Assembly: GCA_030390025.1 (NCBI GenBank)
Contig: JASTWF010000034.1
Location: 4,836,001-4,900,000, forward strand
Origin: Squalus acanthias
Taxonomy: Eukaryota
Reading direction: 5' to 3'
Length of the DNA: 64,000 nucleotides
Positions 13,532 to 25,939 of the stretch are shown here, in pieces. Within the stretch, counting starts at the first letter, position 1. Each line of letters opens with the position of its first letter. The position numbers and the translations under genes are program-made. Under the pieces are notes generated by a model. It saw only the letters and a list, made by a program, of their open reading frames with translations, was not told where the DNA came from and did no database searches.

Positions 13532-13748
13532 CTCAGCAAAATCCTGGACTGATGGGATTCTCAGTAAAGTTCCACACCTTTCCAATCATTGTTCAAGCTT
13601 CCCGTTCTATCCCGTCTCCGACGCTGGGGCTCTCGATCCCACCAGATCTGCTCTGTGAACCCAGCGACATTTCTCCAGTCCCAGTCAGTGAGGCGATGAT
13701 TCGACTTCTCTTTCTCCACCTTCCTGAGATATTGCTCACTCCCAGAGA
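13532..13748 (-). pseudogene. Exon 2, copy 2 (217 nt), with two in-frame TGA stops in the frame that is open in copies 1 and 3
   Basis: Aligns to 5027-5243 with the same splice sites; TCA>TGA (~13593) and CGA>TGA (~13533). Confidence 0.55.
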
Positions 13749-13922
13749 CTGTCAATACAAAAATGATTAATATTAATTCCAGAGTACAGGGGGAGCATTT
13801 TTGTGACCATAATTATATTCAATTTGATTATTTTTGCAATTAATCAGTGTGTTTAAATTACTAACTTTAATATTGAATAGTTCTTTTCTGTCCATTGGCC
13901 TGTTTATTGGGACGAAACTCAC

Positions 13923-14020
13923 CCCCAGTGTCAGCTGTCATTCCAGCTCCTCCCACACTGACATCGCACTGATGTGCCGTAACCAGGGGCGGGGCCCTGT
14001 CTCCAGGTGACATCACACAG
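13923..14020 (-). promoter_or_regulatory. Putative promoter/exon 1, copy 2
   Basis: Donor GGG|GTGAGT, GC box at 13986-13994 and TGACATCA; homologous to 5429-5525. Confidence 0.5.
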
Positions 14021-14409
14021 CAGCCAGGAACGATGTCACAAAGCGGCCGGAGCCCCTCCCACTCGAGGTGTCACAGGGTCACATTGACCAGGCTCTGCTC
14101 CTGGTGTGCAGTCTCACTGGGCATGAACACAGGGTGTACAATCAGCCCCGTCTCCGGGAATGAACCGGGATCCTGCCCTACATCTCTCCCGAGTTTTATT
14201 TCCATCGGTGTAAAATGGGTGGCTGATTCACAATCACCCGGTTTGTACTTTAGCACCTACTATCATTCGAACTCTACCCCAGTGTTTCTTGCCCTCTCTA
14301 CGTATCTGCTCCCTCACTGTCCCTGCCTCTCTCTCTCTCTGCAGTGTGGGATCCGTCTGGGGCTGGGATCATACTGTGCGGAAAGGATCAGAATGTCAGT
14401 CAGTCTCAC

Positions 14410-15030
14410 TTCCTGCTCCCACATCGTTACCTCTGTTGCACCGCTAGGATCTCTCGTTGCCCCCCCTCCTATTTCCCTTCTACATGTTGCCCCTTGGTGA
14501 CATCATCCAGAAACACAGTCAGTTTCCACATGTACGCTGACGACACCCAGCTCTACCTCACTACCTCTTCTCTCGACCCCGCCACGGTGTCTAAATTGTC
14601 AGACTGCTTGACCGACATGAGCAAAAGTTTCTCCAAGTAAATATTGGGAAGACCGAAGCCATTGTTTTCGGTCCCTGCCACCAACACCGTTCCCGAGCCA
14701 CAGACTCAATCCCTCTCCCTAACATATGTCTGAGGCTGAACCACACAGTTCGCAACATTGGTGTCATATTTGACCCTGAAATGAGCCTCCGACCACATAT
14801 CCGCAGCACAACAAAGGCGGCCTACTTCCACCTCCGTAACATCGCCCTTCTCCGCCCTTGCCTCAGCTCATCCGCTGCTGAAACCCTCATCCATGCCTTT
14901 GTTACTTCTAGACTTGACTATTCCAACGCACTCCTGGCTGGCCTCCCACATTCCACCCTATGTAAACTTGAGGCCATCCAAAGCTTGGCTGCCCGTGTCC
15001 TAACTCGTACCAAGTGCCGTTCGCCCATCC
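14410..15030 (+). mobile_element. L2 LINE RT fragment, interrupted by a CR1
   Basis: FHMYADDTQLY and AYFHLRNIA.LRPCLS...HAFVTSRLDYSNALLAGLP; same family as 1177-2198. Confidence 0.9.
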
Positions 15031-17975
15031 AGGAGCCAGTGGTGAGTGTAGGGAGGTACTGAGGAGGGTATCAAGGTCGCAGGAATGTACCGGCAGACAG
15101 GAAGGTGGCTTGAAGTGTGTCTACTTCAATGCAAGGAGCATCCGGAATAAGGTAGGAGAACTTGGAGCGTGGATTGGTACTTGGGACTACGATGTGGTGG
15201 CCATTACGGAGACATGGTTAGAACAGGGACAGGAATGGCTGTTGGAAGTTCCGGGGTATAGATGTTTCAGTAAGAGTAGGGAAGTTGGTAAGAAAGGTGG
15301 AGGAGTAGCATTGTTAATCAAGGATAGTTTAACAGCGGCAGAAAGGCAGTTCGAGGGGGATCTGCCGTCTGAGGTAATATGGGCTGAAGTTAGAAACAGG
15401 AAAGGAGCGGTCACGTTGTTAGGAGTTTTCTACAGGCCCCCAAATAGTAATAAAGATGTGGAGGAAGAAATTGCAAAGCAGATTATGAATAGGTGTGGAG
15501 GTCACAGAGTAGTTGTCATGGGTGACTTCAACTTTCCAAATATTGATTGGAACCTTTATAGGTCAAACAGTTCGGATGGGATAGTTTTTGCACAGTGTGT
15601 GCAGGAGGGTTTCCTGACACAATATGTGGATAGGCCGACAAGAGGTGGGGCCACGTTGGATTTGGTACTGGGTAATGAACCGGGCCAAGTGTTTGATTTG
15701 TATGTGGGAGAGCACTTTGGAGATAGTGACCACAATTCGGTAACTTTCACTATTGCAATGGAGAGGGATAGTGCCATACGGCAGGGCAGGGTTTATAATT
15801 GGGGGAGGGGTAATTATGATGCGATTAGGCAAGAATTAGGGAGTATAAGATGGGAACAGAGACTATCAGGGAAAGGCACAAACGAAAAGTGGAGCTTTTT
15901 CATGGAGCAATTACTGCGTGTCCTTGATAGGTATGTCCCTGTCAGGCAGGGAGGAAATGGCCGAGTGAGAGAACCATGGTTCACAAAAGAGGTTGAATGT
16001 CTAGTCAAGAGGAAAAAGGAAGCGTATGTAAGGATGAGAAAATAAGGTTCAGTTGGGTCGATTGAGGGGTACAGGGTAGCAAGGAATGAGCTAAAAAAAA
16101 GAGCTTAGGAGAGCTAGGAGGGGGCATGAGAAGTCCTTGGCGGGTCTGATCAAGAAAAACCCCAAGGCTTTTTACTCTTATGTGAGAAATAAAAGAATGA
16201 CCAGGGTGAGGGTAGGGCCTGTCAAGGACAGTAGTGGGAACTTGTGCATGGAGTCAGAAGAGATAGGAGAGGTGATGAATGAATACTTTTCGTCAGTGTT
16301 CACCGAGGAGAGGGGCCATGTTCTTGAGGATGAGAGTGTGATAAAGGTGGATAGGCTGGAGGTGGTAGATGTTCTGAGGGAAGATGTTTTAGCAATTTTG
16401 AAGAACCTGAGGGTCGATAAGTCCCCTGGGCCAGATGGGATATATCCTAGGATTCTTTGGGAGGCAAGGGAGGAGATTGCAGAGCCTCTGGCTTTGATCT
16501 TTGGGTCCTCACTGTCCACGGGGATGGTGCCAGAGGACTGGAGAGTGGCGAATGTTGTTCCTCTCTTCAAGAAAGGAAATAGGAATGACCCTGGTAATTA
16601 TAGGCCGGTTAGTCTTACTTCGGTGGTTGGTAAGATAATGGAAAAGGTCCTGAGGGATAGGATTTATGACCATTTGGAAAGGGGCAACTTAATCAGGGAT
16701 AGTCAACACGGATTCGTGAAGGGTAAGTCTTGCCTAACAAATTTGATTGAATTCTTTGAGGAGGTAACTAAGTGTGTAGATGAAGGTAGAGCAGTTGATG
16801 CCGTATACATGGATTTTAGTAAGGCGTTTGATAAGGTTCCCCATGGTCGTCTCATGAAGAAAGTAAGGAGTTGTGGGATAGAGGGAAATTTGGCCGATTG
16901 GATAAGTAACTGGCTATCTCATAGAAGGCAGAGGGTGGTGGTGGATGGAACATTTTCGGACTGGAGACCAGTTACCAGCGGTGTGCCACAGGGGTCGGTG
17001 CTGGGTCCTTTGCTGTTTGTGATTTTTATCAATGACTTGGAGGAGGGGACTGAAGGGTGGATCAGTAAATTTGCTGATGACACCAAGATTGGTGGAGCAG
17101 TGGATGAGGTGGAGGGCAGTTGTAGGCTGCAAAGAGACATTGATAGGATGCAGAGCTGGGCCGAAAAATGGCAGATGGAATTTAACCCTGATAAGTGCGA
17201 GGTGATTCATTTTGGTAGGGCAAATTTGAAGAAGGATTACAGGGTCAATGGCAGGGTTCTGAGGAACGTGGAGGAGCAGAGGGATCTGGGGGTTCATATC
17301 CACAGATCTCTGAAGGTTGCCACTCAAGTGGATAGAGCAGTAAAGAAGGCCTATAGTGTGTTGGCGTTTATTAACAGAGGATTTGAGTTTAAGAACCGTG
17401 AGGTTATGCTGCAACTGTACAGGACCTTGGTGAGACCACATTTGGAATATTGTGTGCAGTTCTGGTCACCTCACTATAGGAAGGACGTGGAAGCATTGGA
17501 AAGAGTGCAAAGGAGATTTACCAGGATGCTGCCTGGTTTGGGGGGGAGGTCTTATGAGGAAAGATTGAGGGAGTTGGGGCTTTTCTCTTTAGAGCGGAGG
17601 AGGATGAGAGGCGACTTAATAGAGGTTTATAAGATGATGAGGGAGATAGATAGAGTGGATGTTCAGAGACTATTTCCTCGGGTAGAGGCAGCTGTTACAA
17701 GGGGGCATAACTATAAGGTGCATGGGGGGAGATATAGAAGGGATGTCCGAGGTAGATTCTTTACTCAGAGAGTGGTTGGTGTGTGGAATGGACTGACTGC
17801 TGTGATAGTGGAGTCGGACACTTTAGGAACTTTCAAGCGGTTATTGGATAAGCACATGGAGCACACCAGAGTGATAGGGAGTGTGATAGCTTGATCTTGG
17901 TCTCGGACAATGCTCGGCACAACATCGAGGGCCGAAGGGCCTGTACTGTGCTGTACTGTTCTATGTTCTATGTTC
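15030..17975 (+). mobile_element. Young CR1 LINE with nearly intact ORF2 (APE endonuclease 15014-16045, RT 16137-17894); one stop and an A-run frameshift near 16043-16100
   Basis: 343-aa and 585-aa ORFs carrying the EN motifs (NARSIRNK, ETW, YRPP, GDFN, SDH) and RT motifs (DFSKAFDKVPH, GVPQGSVLGP, FADD); tail (GTTCTAT)n. Confidence 0.98.
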
Positions 17976-18043
17976 ACCTGAGAACTAATTTTTAGTGTGG
18001 AAGCAAGTCATCCTCGTTTCCGAAGGACTGCCTAAGAAGAAGA
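17976..18043 (+). mobile_element. Short 3' end of another non-LTR element (probably RTE-like), with (AAG)n tail
   Basis: GCAAGTCATCCTCG...GGACTGCC followed by TAAGAAGAAGA; family assignment from recall only. Confidence 0.4.
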
Positions 18044-18342
18044 CTCTGTGACTCCATCTGTGGAGTCCCAAAGTATAGACACACTCTGTGACTCCCTCTG
18101 TGTGAGTCCCTAAGTACAGACCCACTCTGTGACTCCATGTGTGGTGTCCCTAAGTACAGACCCACTCTGTGACTCCATGTGTGGTGTCCCTAAGTACAGA
18201 CCCACTCTATGACTCCATCTGTGGTGTCCCTAAGTACAGACCCACTCTGTGACTCCATCTGTGGTGTCCCTAAGTACAGACCCACTCTGTGACTCCATCT
18301 GTGGTGTCCCTAAGTACAGACCCACTCTGTGACACCCTCTGT
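18044..18342. repeat. 40-bp minisatellite (~7 copies)
   Basis: Unit GACTCCATCTGTGGTGTCCCTAAGTACAGACCCACTCTGT. Confidence 0.93.
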
Positions 18343-18743
18343 GAGAGTGTGCGATTTATTCTGTATCTGAAAATCTCTGATACTGTGGGATCCCTTGCCT
18401 TGTCAGCCCTTCCGAAACGCATAACCTCACAATTCTCCAGATTGAATTCCATTTGCCCCTTTTCTGCACAACTGACTAGTCCAGTGAATTCTTCCTGCAT
18501 ATATCATGCGTTATATACAGACTAAAGCTCCCATTAGACTGTCCAATCAGACAGTCAAAGGGCAGGTAAAGCATGGGTAAGATAGAGAGATGCAAAGTAA
18601 AGCTTCCTCTACAGTGGAAACCCAAAACACTCTCTGGGCAGGCACGGAATGGGTGGCGTACAGAGAAAAGCTCCCACTAATTTGGTTCAGCCGAGCCTGA
18701 TGCGAGATGTTGACCAGCTCCCAGTATCTGGTTAGACTCTCAC

Positions 18744-18960
18744 CTCGGAAGAATCCTGGACTGATGGAATTCTCAGTAAAGTTCCTCACCTTTCCAATCA
18801 TTGTTGAAGCTTCCCTTTTTATCCCGTCTCCGACACGGTGGGTCTCGATCCCACCAGATCTGCTCTGTGAAACCAGCGACATTTCTCCAGTCCCAGTCAG
18901 TGAGGCGATGATTCGACTTCCCTCTCTCCACCTTCCTGAGATACTGCTCACTCCTAGAGA
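18744..18960 (-). CDS. Putative exon 2, copy 3 (217 nt; MSLVSQSRSGGIETHRVGDGIKREASTMIGKVRNFTENSISPGFFR, phase-1 donor)
   Basis: Aligns to 5027-5243; open frame and identical splice sites. Confidence 0.5.
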
Positions 18961-19145
18961 CTGTCAATAGAAAAATGATTCATATTAATCCCAGATCCAG
19001 TACCTGGAATACAGTGGGACTGTTTTTGTGACGATGATTGTATCTAAATTCATTATATTTGCAATTAAAGTGTGTGTGAATTCCTTACATTAATATTAAA
19101 TTGTTCCTTTCAGCCATTTGCCCTGTTTATTGGGACGAAACTCAC

Positions 19146-19265
19146 TGCCAGTGTCAGCTGTCACTCCAGCTCCTCCCACACTGACATCCCACTGATGGGC
19201 CGTAACCAGGGGCGGGGCCCTGTCTCCAGGTGACATCACACAGGAGCAGGGAGCCAATCAATCAA
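19146..19265 (-). promoter_or_regulatory. Putative promoter/exon 1, copy 3
   Basis: Donor GCA|GTGAGT, GC box at 19209-19217, TGACATCA and CCAAT; near-identical to copy 1. Confidence 0.5.
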
Positions 19266-19326
19266 AGAGCAGCCTGGAAAAATGTTAAAGTGGCCAAGCC
19301 CCTCCCAATCCCCCCGGGGCAGGTAC

Positions 19327-21742
19327 ATAACGAACATACGAATTAGGAGCAGGAGTCGGCCATTCGGTCCCTCAAGCCTGTTCCGCCATTCAATAAGATC
19401 ATGGCTGATCTGATTACTCCACATTCCCATCCAACCCCCGATAACCTTTCACCCCCTTGCTTATCAAAAATCTATCTACGTCCGCCTTAAAAATATTCAA
19501 AGACTCTGCTTCCACCGCCCTCTGAGGAAGAGAGTTCCAAAGACTCACGACCCTCTGAGAAAAAAACATTCTCCTCATCTCTGTCTAAAATGGGCGCTCC
19601 ATTATTTTTAAACAGTGACCCCTAGTTCTAGATTCTCCCACAAGAGGAAACATCCTCTCCGCATCCACCCTGGCAAGACCCCGAAGGATCTTATAGGTTT
19701 CAATCAAGTCACCTCTTACTCTTCTAAGCTCCAGTGGATACAAGCCTAGCCTGCCCAACCTTTCCTCATAAGACAACCCACCCATTCCAGGTATTAGTCT
19801 AGTAAACCTTCTCTGAACTGTTTCCAACGCATTTACATCCTTCTTTAAATAAGGATACTTATACTGTACTCAGTACTCCAGATGTGGTCTCACCAATGCC
19901 CTCTATAACTGAAGCATAAACTCCCTACTTTTGTATTCAATTCCCCTCGCAATAAACGTTAACATTCTATTACCTTTCCTAATTACTCGCAGTACCTGCA
20001 TACTAACAATTTGTGATTCTTGCACTAGGACACCCAGAACCCTCTGCATCTCAAAGCTCTGCAATCTCTCACCATTTAGATAATAGGCTTATTTTTTATT
20101 TTTCCTGCCAAAATGTACAATTGCACATTTTCCCACATTATACTCTGTTTGCCAGATCTTTGCCCACTCACTTAACCTATTTATATCGCTTTGTAGCCTC
20201 CATATGTCCTCTTCACAATTTACTTTCTTACCTATCTTTGTGTCATCAGCAAATTTAGCAACCATACCTTCGGTCCCTTCATCCAAGTCATTTATATAAA
20301 TTGTAAAAAGTTGAGGACCCAGCATTATCCCTGTGGCACACTACACGTTACATCTTGCCAACAAGAAAATAATCCATTTATGCCTACACTCTGTTTCCGG
20401 TTAGCTAGCCAATCTTCTATCCATGCCAATATGTTACCCCCTACACCATGAGCTTTTATTTTCTGAAGTCCATCAGGACCCAGGGACTTGTCAGCCCGCA
20501 GCTCCAACAATTTCCTCAGTACTACTTCCCTGATGATTGTAATTTTCTTGACTTCCTCCCTCCCTTCCATTTCCTGATTTACAGCTGTTTCTGGGATGTT
20601 ACTTGTATCCTCTATAGTGAAGACCGATGCAAAATACCTGTTCAATTCAACTGCAATCTCCTTATTTTCCATTATTAATTCCCTAGACTCACTTTTTATA
20701 GGACCAACGCTCACTTTGTTAACTCTTTTCTTTTTAGAATATCTATAGAAACTCTTACTATCTGTTTTTATATTTCTAGCGAGCTTTCTCTCGTACTCTA
20801 ATTTTTCTCTCCTTATTAATCTTTTAGTAATTCTTTGCTGTTTGTTTATATTCTGTCCAATCTTCTGACCTGCCACCCATCTTTTCACAATTATATGCTT
20901 TTTCTTTAAGTTTGATACTATCTTTAACTTTTTTAGTTAACCACAGATGGTGGGTTCTCCCATTGGAATTTTTCTTTCTCTTTGGAATGGATCTATTCTG
21001 TGTATTCTGAAATATCCCATTAAATGTCTGCCACTGCAGCTCTATTGACCTATCGCTTACTCTAGTTTGCCAGTTCACTTTAGCTAGCTCTGCTATCATG
21101 CCCTCATAATTGCCCTTATTTAAGTTAAAAAAAACTAGTCTTGGACCAAATCTTCTCTCCCTCAAACTGAATGTAAAATTCAATCATATTTTGATCGCTG
21201 CGACCTAGGGGCTCCTTCACTATGTGGTCATTAATTAATCTTATCTTGTTTCACAATACCAGGTCTACTATAGCCTGCTCTCTGGTTGGCTCCAGAACGT
21301 GCTGTTCTAAGAAACTGTCCCAAAAACATTCGATGAACTCCTCATCTAGGCTACCTTTGCCCATCTCATTTTTCCAGTCTATACGTAGCTTAAATTCCCC
21401 ATGATTATTGCCGTACCTTTCTGACAAGCTCCCATTATTTCTTCCTTGATACTCCATCCTAACGTGTGGTTACTGTTAGGGGGCCTGTACACCACTTCCA
21501 CAAGTGACTTCTTGCCTTCATCATTTCTCATCTCTACCCAAACCGCTTCTACATCCTGGTTTCCTGAACTTAAGTCATCCCTCTATTGCGCTAATACCAT
21601 TATTAATTTACAGAGCCACCCCTCCACTTTTTCCTAAATATCATGTACCCTTCAATATTCAGGTCCCAATGTTTGTCATCCTGCAGCCATGTCTCTGTAA
21701 TGGCTATCAGATTGTATTATTTAATTCTATTTGCGCCATCAG
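19327..21742 (-). mobile_element. CR1 LINE, segmental duplicate of 5610-8400 with an internal ~420-bp deletion
   Basis: Same insertion junction (GGGCAGGTACATAACGAACATACG) and shared disabling mutations. Confidence 0.95.
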
Positions 21743-21921
21743 TCCATCCGTCTCTCTCGCATCGGTCTGTCTCCCCGCTGGCTCTGTCGTTCTCTCTTTC
21801 TAACTCCCACCATATGTCTCTCTCTGTCCTCTCCCCGTCTGTTTCCATCAGTCTCTCAGACCCTGTAATTCTAATCCTGGTCTGTTTCCGGTTCCTACTC
21901 CCCAGTATGTCTCTCTTACAC

Positions 21922-22210
21922 TGGCCCGGATATTCCTATTCCTACGGGGGTGTACGCGCTGTGTACATGCGCTGAAAACCGGCATTTCCGATCTGTCAAG
22001 AATGCTCCCAATGGCCCACGTGATCCCAGGGAGGCTTGCGAACCGCATGCGCCCCTGGGATACGTAGGCCCTGTCGACTTGGAGTTCGAGAGTCCCAGCA
22101 TCGCAACGCAACTATACGCACCTCGGCAGCCCTCAGGTAAGTGCGCAGATTTTTTTCCAGATCGGAGGCTTCCGCATGCGGGGAGCCTCCGATCGGAAAA
22201 TACAGCCCAC
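21922..22210. mobile_element. GC/CpG-rich MITE-like element with imperfect terminal inverted repeats
   Basis: Left end TGGCCCGGATATTCC versus reverse complement of right end TGGGCTGTATTTTCC; inserted in a CT-rich tract; internal palindrome at 22161-22193. Confidence 0.6.
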
Positions 22211-22975
22211 TATCTCCCGCGCCTGTCTTCCCCGTCTGTCTCCCACCGTCTGACTCTCTCTTTCACTCACCCCAGCGTCTCCTCAGCTGGTCTGTCTCTC
22301 CTTCTGGCCCCCACCATCTCTCTCACCCCCGTCTGTCTCTGCCTATCTGTTTATCTCTCTCTATCTTAAACCTGCCTGATTTTTCTGTCTCCCCGTCTGC
22401 CCCCTACCGTCCATCTGCCTATCTCTGTGTCACCCACCATCTGTATCCCCCCAGGCTGTCTCCATCTGTTTCCCTCCCCGTCGGTCTGTCTCCAACATTG
22501 TATGTCGCTCTCTCCCTACATCACACCGTATGTCTTTCTCTGGCCCTTTGCTGGTCTCTCTCTCTCTATCTCCCACAGTATGTCTCTCTCTCCATCCCCC
22601 TGTCCGTCTCTCTCTCTCTCTCTCTCTATCTCTCACCGTATGTCTCTGTCTCCAACCCCCTGTCCGTCTCTCTCTCTTTCTCTCTCTATCTCCCACCGTA
22701 TGTCTCTCTCTCCATCCCCCTGTCCGTCTCTCTCTCTCTCTCTCTATCTATCTCCCACCGTATGTCTCTCGCTCTGTTCCCCTGTTGGTCTTTCTCTCTC
22801 TCTATCTATCTCCCACCGTATGTCTCTCTCTCCATCCCCCTGTTTGTCTCTCTCTCTCTCTATCTCTCACCGTATGTCTCTGCCTCCAACCCCCTGTCGG
22901 TCTCTATCTTTCTTTCTCTATCTTTCTTTCTCTATCTCCCACCGTATGTCTCTCTCTCTGTCCCCTGTTGGTCTC
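22211..22975. repeat. CT-rich low-complexity/minisatellite tract
   Basis: Repeated TCTCTATCTCCCACCGTATGTCTCTCTCTCCATCCCCCTGTCCG(TC)n units. Confidence 0.9.
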
Positions 22976-25622
22976 ACTGTAACACTCTGATGTACCCCAC
23001 ATCCCTCACTGTAATACTCTGATATAAATCCACACCACTCACTGTAACACCCCAAACACGCTCCTGTAATTCTGATATACATGGCGCTACTCACTGTATC
23101 ACTGATATAACCCACACCCCTCATTGTAACACACTGATATAAACCACACCACTCACTGTAAGACTCTGATATACCCAACATCCCTTACTGTAACACTCTG
23201 AGATACCCCACACCCCTCACTGTAACAGCTTGATATACCCCACACCACTCACTGTAACATTCTGATATAAACCAAACCCCTCAATGTAACACTCTGATAT
23301 ACCACACACTCCTGACTGTAACCCTCTCTTACATACATCAAATCTCTTAATGTAACACACCTTTATACCCCATGCCCCTCATTGTAACACTCTCTGATAT
23401 ACTGCATACCCCTCGCTGTAGCACTCCAATATACCAAACACCCCTGACTGTAAACCTGATATACCCGACACCCCTCACTGTAACACTCGCTGATATAGAA
23501 ACATAGAAACATAGAATCTAGGAGCAGGAGTAGGCCATTCGGCCCATCGAGCCTGCTCCACCATTCAATACGATCATGGCTGATCATCCAAATCCAGTAC
23601 CCTGTCCCTGCTTTAATCCCCACAGTACACATATCCCACCCTACCCCCGTAACCCCACGTATTTAATTCCCCCTAACATATCCCATCCTATCCCCATAAC
23701 CCCACATATTTAATCCCCCCCTAACACTAAGGGTCAATTTATCATAGCCAAATCAACCTAACCCGCACATTTTTGGACTGTGGGAGGAAACCGGAGCACC
23801 CGGAGGAAACCCACGCAGACACGGGGAGAATGTGCAAACTCCACACAGACAGTCACCCGAGGCCAGATTCGAACCCGGGTCTCTGGCGCTGTGAGGCACC
23901 AGTGCTAACCACTATGCCACCGTGTTGCCATACCCCTCGCTGTAACACTCTGATATACTCGACACCATTCAGTGTAACACACTGATATAATCCCAACCCC
24001 TGACTGTAACACTCTGTTATACAACGCAACTCTCCCTGTAACACTCTGAGGTAACCCACACCACTCATTGTATTACTCGGATATAAACCACACCCCTCAC
24101 TGTAACACTCTGATGTAATCGCACGCCCCTGACTATGATATTCTGATATACCCCACACACCTCTTTCTGCAACACACCGATATACCCGACAGCCATCACG
24201 GTAACAACATGATATACCCAACACCCCACACGGTAACACTATGATATATCCCATACCCCTCGCTGTACCACTGTGATATACCCTACATCACTCACTTTGA
24301 CACTCTGATATACCCCTCATTTTAATCCTCTCGTACATATCCCAAACCTCTCACTGTAACAGACCAATATACCCCACGCGACTCACTGTAACTCTCTGAT
24401 ATACCCCATAGCCCTCACTGTAACTCTCTAATATACCCCACACCCCTCGCTGTAAAACACTGATAAATCCCACACGACTCACTCTAAGACTCTAATATAC
24501 CCCACACCCCTCGCTGTAACACACTGATATATCCCACACGACTCACTGTAACTCTCTGATATACCCACACCCCTCAATATAACACTCTGATATACCCCAC
24601 ACAACTCACTGTAAAACTCTGATATACCCCACACCCCTCACTGTAACACTATGATATACCCCACACAACTCACTGTAACACTCTGATATACCTCACACCC
24701 CTCACTGTAACACTCTGATATGCCCCACATCCCTCACTGTAACTCTCTGATGTATTCCACACGCCGCGCTTTAACACGCTGATATACGCCACATGACTTA
24801 CTGTAAAACTCTGATATACCCCGCACCCCTCACTGTAACACACTGATATACTCGACACCCCTTAATGTAACAATCTGATATAAACCCACACCGCTCATTT
24901 TATTACTCTGATGTACACCACACCCCTCACTGTAGCATTCTGATATATACCCACTCCCCTGACTATAACCCTTTGATATATCCCACACACCCCTCACTTT
25001 AACACACCGATATATCCCACACCCCTCATGGTAACACTCTGATATACCTATCACACCACACGGTTACACTCTGATATAGCCCACACCCCTCGCTGTAACA
25101 ATCTGATATACCCCACTCACCTCCCTTTAACACTCTGATATATCCACATCATTCACTTGAGCACTCTGATATAACCCTCACTTTAATCCTCTTACATAAC
25201 CCAAACCTCTACTGTAATGGACCGATATACGCCCCTCACCTCCCTTTAACACTCTGATATACCTCACACCCCTCAATGTAAAACTGTGATTTACCACACA
25301 CCACTCACTGCAAGACTATGATACACCCCACATCCCTCACTGTAACTTTGATTAGCCCACGTCCCTCGCTTTAACACTGCGATTTACCCCACACTCCTCA
25401 CTCTAACACTCTGATATACCGGACACCTCTCTCTCTAACTCTCTGATATGGCCCACAGCCTTCACTGTAACACACTGATACACCCCTCATTGTAATCCTC
25501 TCTTACATACTGATAAACCCCACACCACTCACTGTCACACTATGATACATGCCACACTCTGGGCTGTTATTCCCCACAGCACTCACTGTAATACTAATAT
25601 TGTTCCACACCACTCACTGTTA
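22975..25622. repeat. ~33-bp minisatellite array (CACACCCCTCACTGTAACACTCTGATATACCC), interrupted by a SINE
   Basis: Dozens of diverged tandem units read directly. Confidence 0.93.
23494..23929 (-). mobile_element. HE1-like V-SINE: tRNA-derived head, V-domain and CR1-derived 3' tail
   Basis: Head GGCAACACGGTGGCATAGTGGTTAGCAC (A box)...GGTTCGAATC (B box); V-domain TGTGTGGAGTTTGCACATTCTCCCCGTGTCTGCGTGGGTTTCCTCCGGGTGCTCCGGTTTCCTCCCAC; tail shared with local CR1s, ending (TTTCTATG)n. Confidence 0.88.
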
Positions 25623-25939
25623 TCACTGCCACTTTAATCCCATGGGCTTCAATTTTGGTAATATGTGATACTTTATCAAGCACCTTTTGTAAGGATAGGG
25701 GGATTGGTAAAGTGTGAGTAGTATCAATCATACAACGATAGAATTGGAGATCCAAGTGTTGTTGACAATTTGTTTAGCATACTTGACGCCCCGCTCTGAT
25801 CACAGGCCTCATCTGTTTTCAATCAATGAATTATAAAATCATTGATTTTAATCCTATTTTATTATTTCTATGTATTTCTTCTCAGGCTAGGGGTGACGCT
25901 GTCAAGGCCGGTATTACTTTCCCATCCCTAGTTCCCCAT

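Noticed and set aside
16137..17894. 585-aa RT ORF as an active or domesticated gene
   Set aside because: The element lacks ORF1 and its 5' end, and has a stop plus frameshift between EN and RT; it is simply a young copy.
22141..23022. 293-aa Ser/Leu-rich ORF and similar ORFs in CT tracts and minisatellites (also 46714-48097, 55824-56187, 60879-61241, and the MLYLPWEC... ORFs)
   Set aside because: Low-complexity or satellite translations.
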